Positions 26,230-37,290 of a DNA stretch of 64,000 nt are shown piece after piece (position 1 is the stretch's first letter; each line of letters begins with the position of its first letter). The notes under the pieces are model-generated. The model did not search any database and had not been told where the DNA came from. It was given only the letters and a program-made list of their open reading frames with translations. The DNA lies in the NCBI GenBank assembly GCA_951406725.2, contig OX597816.1, positions 1,612,001 through 1,676,000 on the forward strand. Reading direction: 5' to 3'. Source of the DNA: Octopus vulgaris (Eukaryota). The translations under genes were made by a program, and so were the position numbers.

Positions 26230-27045
26230 GCATTGTATTGCCAAATTTGGAAGAGAGACAATCATAATACATTTTTGTTGAATATTCCCTGATTCATATT
26301 TTGTAATTTTGGAAATATTGGGAGGAATTGTAGACAACAACTTAAGCTGGGTCGTTCATATAAACAACAAAGTTGACATGGCTCACAGAATGTGTTCCTG
26401 GGTTCTCAGAACTTTCTAGTCAAGAGACATCCGCACCATCATCCTTCTCTTCTCCACTTTTGCTCAACCCAACCTAGAATAGTTGTGTGCTGTGGTCTCC
26501 CCCACAAGAAAGAAAGCATCCTGAAAGTTGAAGCACCTCAAAGGACAATTGCAAAAAAGATAGATGGCATGACTTGAGGCCTTGACTTTTGACGTTGACT
26601 AGAAAAGCTCAAGCTTTATTCCCTTCAATGCCACCATGAGCCCTATGTCATCTGCACGATGTGGAAAATGATGTTAGCATCACCTTTAAGATACACCCAA
26701 GACTTGGGCCCCGTGCTATCTGCCCACAACAAAAATCATACTCGCATCACATATCAACAATATAGCACAAGTATTTCACCTCGTTTAGCCCTGCTCTCTT
26801 TAAAATTACACCAAAATACATTAAAGGAGAGACAGACCCCATAAAGTTCAAGAAGTCTTTGGACAAATTCCTTCAAAAAATCCTGAATAAACCTCCTACA
26901 CCTGGATATGTCTCCGTAAACAATAACTCTCTACTTGAGTAGGCCATGTTTTCCAATTCCTGATTTGAATGACTTTGCCAGGTGGTGCTATTAAGTGAGA
27001 CATGGCCTCGGCCAAGACTGGCCGAAACCTATGAAAGTATCAAAG
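26230..27045 (+). mobile_element. Degenerate CR1-like LINE 3' fragment
   Basis: Remnant KFKKSLDKFLQKILNKPPTPGYVSVNNNSLL near 26840-26935, ending in gtatcaaa-type short repeats. Confidence 0.55.
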
Positions 27046-28651
27046 TACACACACACACACACATACATATGATGGCTTAAAAGACCCATGGACATACTAG
27101 ACACATTCCAATTTCAGGTCATATCCAGGGGGAAAAAAAAGAATGGTTTTTAGTGCATTAAAACTTATGGGAGGTTGAATTTTGCATGTGGGACTCTGGG
27201 GTGATACTTTGAGACATTTTGGAGAGGACGACGTGTCTTAGATGCTGCCAAATGTGGTATTTTCTCCGCACTTTTACTCTTTTTTCCTTAAGTCTGAGTA
27301 GACAGAAAGAAATAAGGGTATTAAAAGTGAGAAATAATGAGAGTAGGACAAACAGATATGTGAACATTGATGCATGTGTGTCAAGGTTAACTTAGTATTC
27401 TTTTTGCCACACACACACAGCTATAGATATATATATGTGTGTGTGTGTGTATACTGAGCAACAGTTTTGTGAAAATGTTGCTGCTTTAATAAAAGTACAT
27501 TACTCTACCTTTGGTATTCAAGCACAATTTTTCTCCACCTTGTTTTGTATTTATGTGCTTGCCTCTGTGTGTGTGTGTGCGCATGCGTGTCTGTGTGTGT
27601 ATACATACACACTAGCCTAATATTTGTTTAGAGTTATAGAAAATTATATTTAGTGCTCAATTATCTTGAAAAATGTGTTCCCCATAATTTTATTGGCGGC
27701 GGATTTGGTTAATAAGGAAGATAAATGGTAATTTACAATATTTTTTTTTTTATTCTGAAATTTTAAAACATGGAGTTTTGTTGAACTTTCTCCCTGAATT
27801 CTGCCAGGAACTTCTAATTTGCACCGTTCTACAAAGATTAAAGACACAATTGAACTTTTTTAAATGTTGGCAGTTTATACTACAAAGTCCACCCCTATTG
27901 ACCCCTAAGTTAAACATACTGACCTCAACTTCATTATTAGTCACTGAAACCTGGGCTCAGTTTTTTTCTCTGCAAAGTTGTTTGTAGCATGACCTGCTGC
28001 AACTTGTTTTACAAAGACCTCTTTGATTGTCATGGAGGTCGTCTAATAATCTATGTTTACTCAAGCATTTTAGTAATTCCTAATGACAACTGAAACCAGT
28101 GGCAACAACAGATATTTTGCTGTGACATTCATATAAGCATGTCAACACTTCAACTTGGGGTCATTTTTTGTTCCTCCAACTTCTGTCAAGATACACAGTT
28201 TTTTCGTCAACCTCAGAGCTTCAAGCAGGAAAACATTACTTGCCATTGTTGTTATCATCATCATCGTCATGAACAGCATCATCATCTAACGTCCTTGTTC
28301 CATGCTAATATGGGCAATTTAACAAGAAATGAGGGGTCTGAAGACTGCATTGTGTTTTAAATTCTGTTTTGGCATGGTTTCTATAGCTGGATCACCTTCC
28401 TAATTCCAGCTACTTTATTAAATGCACTGGGTGCTATTTTCATGGCACCAGCACTAGTGAGGTTGCCATGCAGCTTGCAAGACTAAGGTCCCTTCAATTG
28501 AGTGACTACAATAGAGAGGGAGGAGACTTTTTGCAATAGTAAGAATGGTTAAAGTGTGAGAGCAATAGGCTTGAACACAAAAGGTTTTCTATTCTAGATG
28601 AGCTACAGTCATGCAAGTGACTTGGGTGGAAGTGGAAAGAGATAAGAAATG

Positions 28652-28856
28652 CAGTCATCCCTCACCATATCGCGGTTCACCTATTGCTCACTCAGTACAT
28701 CGTGGATTTTTCTGGCTAATATATGTAAATTTATATCGCGGACTCCTCAGTATATCCAGATTTCTGTGGTCGATAGATATTTATATTTTTTTATATTTTA
28801 ATTATTTCTTTGGGAGGTTTTGAAATGTAACACTTGCAATAGTCAAGGAATTACTG
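28652..28856. mobile_element. pogo/Tigger-like MITE
   Basis: Imperfect TIRs CAGTCATCCCTC ... CAAGGAATTACTG|TA. Confidence 0.6.
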
Positions 28857-29399
28857 TAGTGGTGATTGTCAGGGTGGACCCTCACGATTCAGAGTGAGTA
28901 GAAGTGAGAGGGGACAGGAGAACAAGAAGTGTGGGTGGGTAGAGCTTGCATGAGTGTGTGAGACAGTGAAAGGTGATTAGAGGTAGAAATGGGTGAGAGG
29001 GTTAAGATTATAAAGAACAGGTGTTAAGGCATAATAAGTAGGGAGGGTGGGGGAGAGTAGATGACAAGGGTGGAAATGGGATGAGGTTGAGGAGTAGGTG
29101 CAGTGAATGGTGGATAAGAGACAGGGAAGGAGTATAACCAATGATGCATGAATTGGGTCGGTGGAGGAGAGTAGGTGATGACTGACCTTGCAGTAAAAGG
29201 AAGGATTGAAGAGCTGCAGAATAGTAATGAAAGTAGAGAGATGAAGTGTGGTAGGAGGTGATGAAGATTAATGTGGGTGAAGAGGACAGTGTAAAGAATG
29301 AAGGAATGATAGCAAGTGAAGTGATTCCAGGGGATAAGAAATGGTAAGAAGAGAAAGAAGTGGGAAAGCTTCCACTTACCACAAGGGGAATGAAACTGG

Positions 29400-30960
29400 G
29401 TCCAAGTTGTCACCCCACTCCTACCACGACCACCACAAGACATAGCAATGCTTTAGATCTGCTGATTACCACAAATTCTGAAACTGTTATCAGCATCTCT
29501 ACTGCGAACCTTTAGATGACTTCAATCCTTCTACGTTCATTGCCAGGCAAAAAGAAAAATTACCATCATCCAACTCCAAAGTGCTTGCCCTGACTGGAGC
29601 ATTGAGTCACAGCAGCCAAACTGACTTTTATTTGACAAATCCCAAGACATCAATACTAACCTTTTGCACACCTGCAATTCAATCTATGTTGCATTCAAAG
29701 ACATCAGCTAAATCACAAATGGCAGCTCATGAGAGATTCTCTCTTTCTCAACTTTGCCAAAGTCTTTTACTCTGTGCCACACACTGACTTTCTGCAATGG
29801 GTTTCAGGATATTAATCTTTATTAAAGGTTGAAGTCTTTCGTTTTCAGGCAAACAGAGGTGGTCAAGCTCCCAAGAGTACTTGACGAGATGACAGCTGGA
29901 GTCCCATAGCGGTGTGTCGTTGGATCCCTGTTGTTTGCTGAATAAATAAACAAAATAAAGTCAACTCGAAGCATGTTACTGAGTAAAATGCACAGATGAC
30001 CTTGAGCTGTACCTTGATATAAAAGAGCAGAAGGTAGCGAGCTGGCAGAAACGTTAGCACGCTGGGCGAAATGCTTAGCGGTATTTCGTCTGCCGTTATG
30101 TTCTGAGTTCAAATTCCGCCGAGGTTGACTTTGCCTTTCATCCTTTCGGGGTTGATAAATTAAGTACTGGGGTCGATCTAATCCTCCCCAAAAGTTTTGA
30201 GCCTTGTGCCTAGAGTAGAAAAGGATATAAAAGAGCAGGTTTGTCCGCTATAGATCTTCCCAGCAATCTCCTGGACATAATGCAGCAATGGATGACTGAC
30301 TGGCAACTCAAGCTGGCTATTGTGGCAGCAAGCATTTTGGGAGGAAAACCCCAGAATTTACCAACTCAATCCACAGCACCAATCTTAAGTGGTCTGCAGA
30401 TGAACATGACTTCAGAATTACTGTCAACAATGATCTGTTTTGGATAAACCACATATCTAAAAGAGTGAAAAAGGTTGAAGAGATCTTAGCATCACTCAAT
30501 AAGACTTTTCTCATTCACTCACTCACAGTTGTTTATTTAAAGCTTTATATGGCTTGGCTTTAGTACATCCACACTTATAGTTTACATCTCGATCAGCTGG
30601 AAGCTGTCCAGAGATGTGCAACCAATATTTCCTGCCAGTCTTTGACCATATCTTTGACTGTCTTGCTGCTCTGGTCATCGACACTCTAAAGCTTCCACGT
30701 CTACCAACCACCATGACAGGAGCCCACGAAATTATCCACGAAATCTACTCTTTTACTTGTTTCAGTCATTTGACTGCGGCCATGCTGGAGCACCGTCTTT
30801 AGTCGAACAAATTGACCCCAGGACTTACCATTCCAACAGCATCTTTGGTCACCTTTTTCATTTCAAAGTGTCAAACACTCAACAACATGCTTCTAGAATT
30901 AAGAAACAAACAAAAAAAAACTGTGCAGCGTCCATGATTTTCAGAATCACTTTCACACTC
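29400..30960 (+). mobile_element. Highly decayed CR1/L2-like LINE remnant, interrupted by SINEs
   Basis: Remnants DIMQQWMTDWQLKLA and LFKALYGLALVHPHL. Boundaries are uncertain. Confidence 0.4.
30031..30223 (+). mobile_element. tRNA-derived SINE with a Deu/Nin-like central domain and a 15-bp TSD
   Basis: Head AAGGTAGCGAGCTGGCAGAA...GAGTTCAAATTCC and core GCCTTTCATCCTTTCGGGGTTGATAAATTAAGTAC. TSD gatataaaagagcag at 30016-30030 and 30224-30238. Relatives near 20545, 41700 and 42563. Confidence 0.82.
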
Positions 30961-31034
30961 TTAGTTGTCAAAGCTGCCCACCACAACAGAACTGAAATCC
31001 TAAAACCAAGGCGCCACGTAAAAAGTATTGCTAT

Positions 31035-31196
31035 AGGTGTAGGAGTGGCTGTGTGGTAAGTAGCTTGCTTACGAACCACATGGTTTCGGGTTCAGTCCCA
31101 CTGCGTGGCACATTGGGCAAGTGTCTTCTACTATAGCCACGGTCCGACCAAAGCTTTATGAGTGGATTTGGTAGACGGAAACTGAAAGAAGCCCAT

Positions 31197-31234
<38 letters not shown>

Positions 31235-32027
31235 GAAGTTTCGCATGTCGTAGATCAGATTTCCGTCGATTTCCGTAAAAAACTTTTATTTTTTTACATA
31301 AGTAATGAGAGCGAAAGAGACTAAGAGGAAGCGATTTTACGACGAGAAGGTTTCACTTTGAAGTCGGCCTGTGTGTGTTTGATGGGGTGTGGGAGACAGA
31401 CAGTATGTTGTGTAAGTGAAGTGCTTCTGTTAGTGTGTGCGAAGAGACAGAGAGAGTAATGTGTGAAAGAGAGAGATAACTGATTTTTTACTCGGTGTAT
31501 GTGTATATGTATGTATGCATGTATGTGTGTGTGTGTGTATGTATCTATGTATGTGTGTGTGTGTGTATGTATGTATGTATGGCCGATTCATCGTAATTTT
31601 TTACTCGGTGTATGTGTATATGTATGTCTGCATGTATGTGTGTGTGTGTATGTATCTATGTGTGTGTGTGTGTGTGTAAGTATGTGTGTGTGTATGTATG
31701 TATGTGTGTGTGTGTATGTATCTATGTATGTGTGTGTGTGTATGTATGTATGGCCGATTCATAGTAATTTTTTACTCGGTGTATGTGTATATGTATGTCT
31801 GTCTCTTCACACACACTAACAGAAGCACTTCACTTACACAACATACTGTCTGTCTCCCACACCCCATCAAACACACACAGGCCGACTTCAAAGTGAAACC
31901 TTCTCGTCGTAAAATCGCTTCCTCTTAGTCTCTTTCGCTCTCATTACTTATGTAAAAAAATAAAAGTTTTTTACGGAAATCGACGGAAATCTGTGCTACT
32001 ACAACCGAAACTATGCCATATATATAC

Positions 32028-32060
<33 letters not shown>

Positions 32061-32280
32061 CATGTACGTATGTTTCTGTGTCTGTGTTTGTCCCCCCAAC
32101 ATCGCTTGACAACCAATGCTGATGTGTTTACGTCCCCGTAACTTAGCGGTTCGGCAAAGGGACCGATAGAATAAGTACTAGGCTTACAAAGAATAAGTCC
32201 TGGGGTCGATTTGCTCGACTAAATTCGGTGCTCCAGCATGGCCACTGTCAAATGACTGAAACAAGTAAAAGAGTAAAGAG
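31035..32280 (+). mobile_element. tRNA-derived SINE with internal microsatellite, split by the foldback element
   Basis: A/B-box head GGAGTGGCTGTGTGGTAAG...GGTTCAGTCCC and core GGGCAAGTGTCTTCTACTATAGCC. The 3' half resumes near 32070 and ends GACTGAAACAAGTAAAAGAG. Confidence 0.8.
31231..32018. mobile_element. Foldback/MITE with about 200-bp near-perfect TIRs, inserted in (TA)n
   Basis: About 31255-31450 is the reverse complement of about 31798-31993. The interior is (TGTA/TG)n, and TA runs flank both sides. Confidence 0.88.
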
Positions 32281-32307
32281 TTTGATAAAATAATTGTTGA
32301 TTGCGAG

Positions 32308-32343
<36 letters not shown>

Positions 32344-32731
32344 TGAAAACAAGGAGGAGAGCGAGAGAAATAGAAATGGGAGATAAGTACACAAAGAGAG
32401 AGGTGGAGGAAGGGGGTGAGAGATAGGCGTTAGGCAGAGACAGGGAGATGCTGACGGAGGGACAAAGAGAAAGAATAAGTCGGAGTGAGTGAGTGAGTGA
32501 GAGAGAGAAAGGGGAAAGTGTGCGAAAAGATTAAGCGAAGAGAGGAAGAATTGAGAAAATTCAATCAAGTTTGTGTTTATGGCAAGAATCATGAAGAATC
32601 GGAATTAGTGTTTCTCTCCCCCAAAAACTGTTGTATTTATTTATTTGTGAGAGAATCAGGAAAGAAATTAGCTTCGATTGTTATTCTTTTATGTAATTAG
32701 TGACTTTTCCAGCTGGAAATACCTTTTGATC

Positions 32732-32782
32732 ATGTCTCGGATGTTTCGGAACTCTTTGCCTTTATTTTCCTCTCTAAAACAG
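32732..32782 (+). CDS. CPT2: CPT2 putative first coding exon (MSRMFRNSLPLFSSLKQ), mitochondrial presequence
   Basis: ATG followed by an Arg/Ser/Leu-rich peptide with no acidic residues. Strong donor CAG|gtgagt, and phase 0 fits the exon at 40754. Confidence 0.7.
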
Positions 32783-34499
32783 GTGAGTCTTAATTAATCA
32801 TTGCTTTTAATTGAACCACGCAATAATCACTGTTGTTATTATTGTTTATTAACGAAACAGTTGTCTTTAAAAATCCTTTTTTTACTTTATTCCTCCTCAA
32901 AATCGCGATTCGTTCTCAGACAATCGAGATAACTTTATATTATTATATAAAAAAAAAATTACGGAAATTAAAATTTTAAATCAGAGAACTTATTAATTCT
33001 TTTCAAAACATTACCTGTAAATTACCTTTTGATTTCGATATTAATCAACATAGCGATGTTAGACATACATCGAAGTCCGTGTTTACTGACACATAGCATT
33101 GTAGGCTAATTAGGTCTTAATTAAACTCCTTAATTTGGGAAAATGAACGGACTAAATATTTGTAATTAGCTTCTAACGTCACGTTGTTTTCATAGACGTA
33201 ATAATGATAAATTACGGAGATGTACTTGCATAGCAAGTGACCTGATCTCAGATCGTGTTCCTGAAGCAAAAACAATTGCAACGTGGATGTTGTTTATAAG
33301 CCATCTAAAACCGTTAGATTCATTCACTTCAACATTTAAATTTAATTTGCTAAAATATTTTCGTCGCTTTGAGACCGCGACCTGTTCACTGACAAAATCC
33401 TGTGCTAAATAAATTTGGGTAAACTTATTGAACTTGTCCATAACCAACAACATAACGGAAGCAATCTCATAGAAACGAACTGCTACAGTCTTCACGCAAT
33501 TTACAAATAAATCATTTAACATTAGCGATTGCTAAAGATTAATTAAACCGAATTAATAGTTTTATCGCATATTTTGTAGGCGTAGAACAGAGCACAACTT
33601 GGGAATTTTTGTGGATGTTGACATCTGTCTATGGCATTATTATCATTTTACTTTCTGTAAGGAGTGTCAATGACTTTTGTCGGACAGTTTAACGAAAAAT
33701 AAAAGGCGAAAACCTCGAAGCCACCGTCGCCTCCACCTCCATGCAAAACATCGACATAGAAGTGTAGTTATAGTTTTATATTCGGGAGATAAGATGAAGT
33801 GGTTTATCAGAGACCTTTGTTGTGTTATTGATAACAAAAATAAATGTTCCAGTTTTTAACATTTGTTTGACGAGGTTACCATTAACTGGGTCATGTTATT
33901 TATTGTGTTACACTGTATGTATGAATGTATTTTGTATTAATGGGAGGGTCAAGAAAACATATTTGTTTTCTGAAATTTATTAATAGGATTACGCGGTTTG
34001 TATTCTTCACACTAATCCACCCATCCCGTCGTTAGGGGCCTCGCGTCTACTGACCAGAGGCGAGTCCAGAGTCACTTGCCACGCCTCGAGTCCTAGGACC
34101 CGGTTTCTATGGTGTATTAGTGATTGAAATCACAATGTTCCCCGCGAACAGAACAATGGTCCGTTGCAGTGTTACTCATCGACAGCTGAGCCGAAACCAC
34201 GACCTTGCGTTAGAGTGCAACACCCGAAACAATTGCATGGTACGTGTGAAGAAGGCCATGAGCACAACACGGCAAGGGTGAGGTTTATGTGAATTATCTT
34301 CTCTTGAATTGGTTATCTCCCTTCCTTCAGCTGACTTTGTTCAAAGTCCAATGAATGAACGATTCAATCACAGCACGCCAATTAATCAACGCTTATATCC
34401 ACTCACCCCATTCTCCAGATTCTACGACAGAGAGTGCAAATTAGGAGTTTTAAACCTAACTCGTTACGTTTCTGGAATGTGTAGGGCGATATAGCGTGA

Positions 34500-37290
34500 T
34501 TGACTCGCACCTATTACTGCCTTGGTAGTCCATCGATCTCCGATGAACGCGTGGTCTGTGGTCTCAGCAGTCAACGGTGGGAACGCATGTGATATCTTTA
34601 TCCAGTGAACCATCTGCAGAGACAGTGCTGCCTGGACACCTGAAGCTTTCGACACAGCTCGACCCCTTCAATGGTGATGGCTGGCTTAGGTTTTCTTGTA
34701 TTCGGAGCTGCCTGGAGCAGGACCTCCATCGAAAAGTTTGGATGCCTTGGCGAAGCGATTGACGATGGTCTGGATGTGGTTTTCCTTGTGAGCCATGAGG
34801 GCACAGGCGTCCGCGAAGAGGGCTTCGAAGATGAGTCTTTCCTTGGTCTTCGCTTTAGCAGAGCGGCCATCGGTTCGATACTTGATGTACACGCCCAGGT
34901 TAAAGAACAAGTTGAACACTGGGGCGAGGACACAGCCGTTTGACCCCATTTGAGCTGTATAAGGAGTTCGTGTGGTCCCCGTTAGAAAGGACCTGTCCTT
35001 TCATGTTGTGCAAGAATTTGATCAGGGTCGGCAACCCAGCTTGCTGAGGATGATCCATAAGGCTTCCCGGTTGACTGTCAAACGCTTTGGTCAGGTCAAC
35101 GAACACAGGACCATCTGCTCCTCAATGCAATTCTCCTGAACTTGTCGCTCAGCAAAAACTATATTTTATGGTGTTGCGTCCAGAGCGGAAACCACACTGG
35201 GCCTCGGACAGGTTACTCCCGGAGATATTGGCGATGAGTCTGTTGAGGAGGATGCGGGCGAGGATCTTGCCTGCTATGGAGAGGGGGGGGGAGATCCCTA
35301 TGTAGATGCCGCAGTTTGTCCTGGCTCCTTTGATTTTGTATAGAGCGACTATGGTGGTGTCTCGCAGATCTGTTTGGATCTCTTCTTGGTCCCAGGTAGG
35401 CAAGAGGATGTCCTGGAAGGTGCTGAAGGCTGTGGATCCAAGTGACTGGAACAGTCCAGCAGGTATTCCATTCCTTTCTGGTGCTTTGCCGCAGGTCATT
35501 TGTTTGTTTGATGGCGGTCTGTACCTCTTCTTCGCTAGGTGGGAGGTCCAGACCCGTTGATGGCTTTGATGGCGTTAAACAGCTGATTGGAGTTCTTTGT
35601 GTCGGTATAGAACCACATTGGGCCTCGGAAAGGTTGCTCCCGGAGATGTTGGCGATGAATCTGTTGAGGAGGATGCAGCCGAGGATCTTGCACTGTCAGT
35701 TTTCTTTTCCCACCAAGCATCTGGCCTGGTGCGGAGTTCGCGCCTTGCATTCCTTGAACCTATCACGTCGTGAGACATAGACGAGGTGGTTCTGTCAGTT
35801 GATATAGTAACTCACTTCACTTTCAGCAGGGCTTGGATGACTTCATTGTTTTCGTCAAATCAGTCTTGATGATGCCTCCTCTTGGGGCCAAGGACTGCTT
35901 TGACTGTCTCAGTGACCGCTTCTTTGAACTGGTTCCATTGCTCCTCTGGTCTTCCAGTAAGCAGGCCTGCTGCATCGAGTCTTTCATCAAGGCTGTTCTG
36001 GAAGTCCCACTAGTATTGAGTAGACTTGACTGTTGCCATGTCGAAGGCTTGCTTGATGATATTAAGGTGGTGGCGGACTATGTGAATGCCGAGCTTGGTT
36101 CGAACAAGGCGATGGTGCGTCCAGCAGTCTGCGCCGCGCATTGCTCTGGTGGTAAGGACGTCACTGATCTCTCGCGGACGGATGGTGATGAGATGCCATT
36201 GTCTGGTTGCACCCATGTGTTCTTGTATTTATCAGCCTGCCTAAAGACTGTGTCTGCGATGAGCAGTTCATGTTCTTCACACTTGCTGAGCAGGACAAGC
36301 CCGTTGCTGTTCGTTTTGCCCACTCCGTGCTTCCCGATCGCCCCTCGGCCCTCGTTGCTGTCACTGCCAATTCTGGTGTTGAAATCATCCAGCAAAATAA
36401 GCTTGTCAGTGGTGGTGGGCGTGGTGTGTAGAACTGCCCCTTGACTTCCTCCGTGGATGTCATAGTGGGGGTGTAGGCGCTGATGATAATAATGAACCGC
36501 TTGTTGCACATGGGGAGGCGGATCCTCATCAGCCTTTCATTGACGCCAGTCGGGAGATCAGAGATCTGTTTGAGGAGTTTGGTCCCGATGGCGTGTCCAA
36601 TCCAGTGGATGCAGTCTTCGTTCTGGATCTTTCCTTTCCAGAAAAAATTGTATCTGTTAGATTCGGTCACCGATCCCTCTTCGACCAATCTGATTCGCTC
36701 AAAGCGGCAATGTCAATGTTATACCTTGAGAATTCGCTGTCCTTTTCTGGGGTCTTGAGAATTTGTCACGATCTTGAAGAGTACGTACGTTCCACGTCCT
36801 AATGACGAGTTTCTTTCTCATTTGGAATCGACTGCAAATGGGTAAGTCTAACACCTGCAGTAAACTGGTCAGACGGTGTCGAGCAAGCTTTCTTTAGGCC
36901 ACCTTTTCTAGGCCCCTCCCTTATTGGGGTGAGCAGCGCATTCCTAAAAAGGTTGCTCAGTTGCCTGAGATGCCGCCGGAGTCCTTCGCTGCCCCGAGTT
37001 CGAAAAACAACCACCAAAGTCCCAGGCCGCCAACATACAGGTTCCCAATCGCTACCTCTACCTGCCACTTTCGCCATTTATTCTTCACCGCATGACTAGG
37101 ATACACAGAGCCCTGTGCGAGAGGTTGATTAAAGTGGAAGAGTTGATTCACGTGGACAATCACACTCTCTCGGCAGAAGAGACCCTGATCCAGTGGCACG
37201 GAGAACCGTTACGTCTGGGGACCTCCCTGCTGCAGTGGATGACCAGAACATCCCTATGCCATGAACGTGTAAAGGGAACTGGTTGCTTCT
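34500..37290 (-). mobile_element. Degenerate RTE/BovB-like LINE (APE endonuclease + RT) in CPT2 intron 1
   Basis: Fragments FFWKGK...NERLMRIRLP...IISAYTPT, GKHGVGKTNSNGL, LSIAGKILARILLNRL, QCGFR, FVDLTKAFD, GCVLAPVFNLFF and LFADACAL. Many frameshifts and GC-rich relative to the flanks. Confidence 0.88.

Noticed and set aside
31035-31110. tRNA genes
   Set aside because: The A/B-box sequences are SINE heads followed by SINE core, with no complete cloverleaf.
33190-33522. 110-aa minus-strand ORF in CPT2 intron 1
   Set aside because: No recognisable motif or supporting exon structure.
35833-36444. 203-aa plus-strand ORF
   Set aside because: Antisense shadow of the GC-rich RTE endonuclease region.
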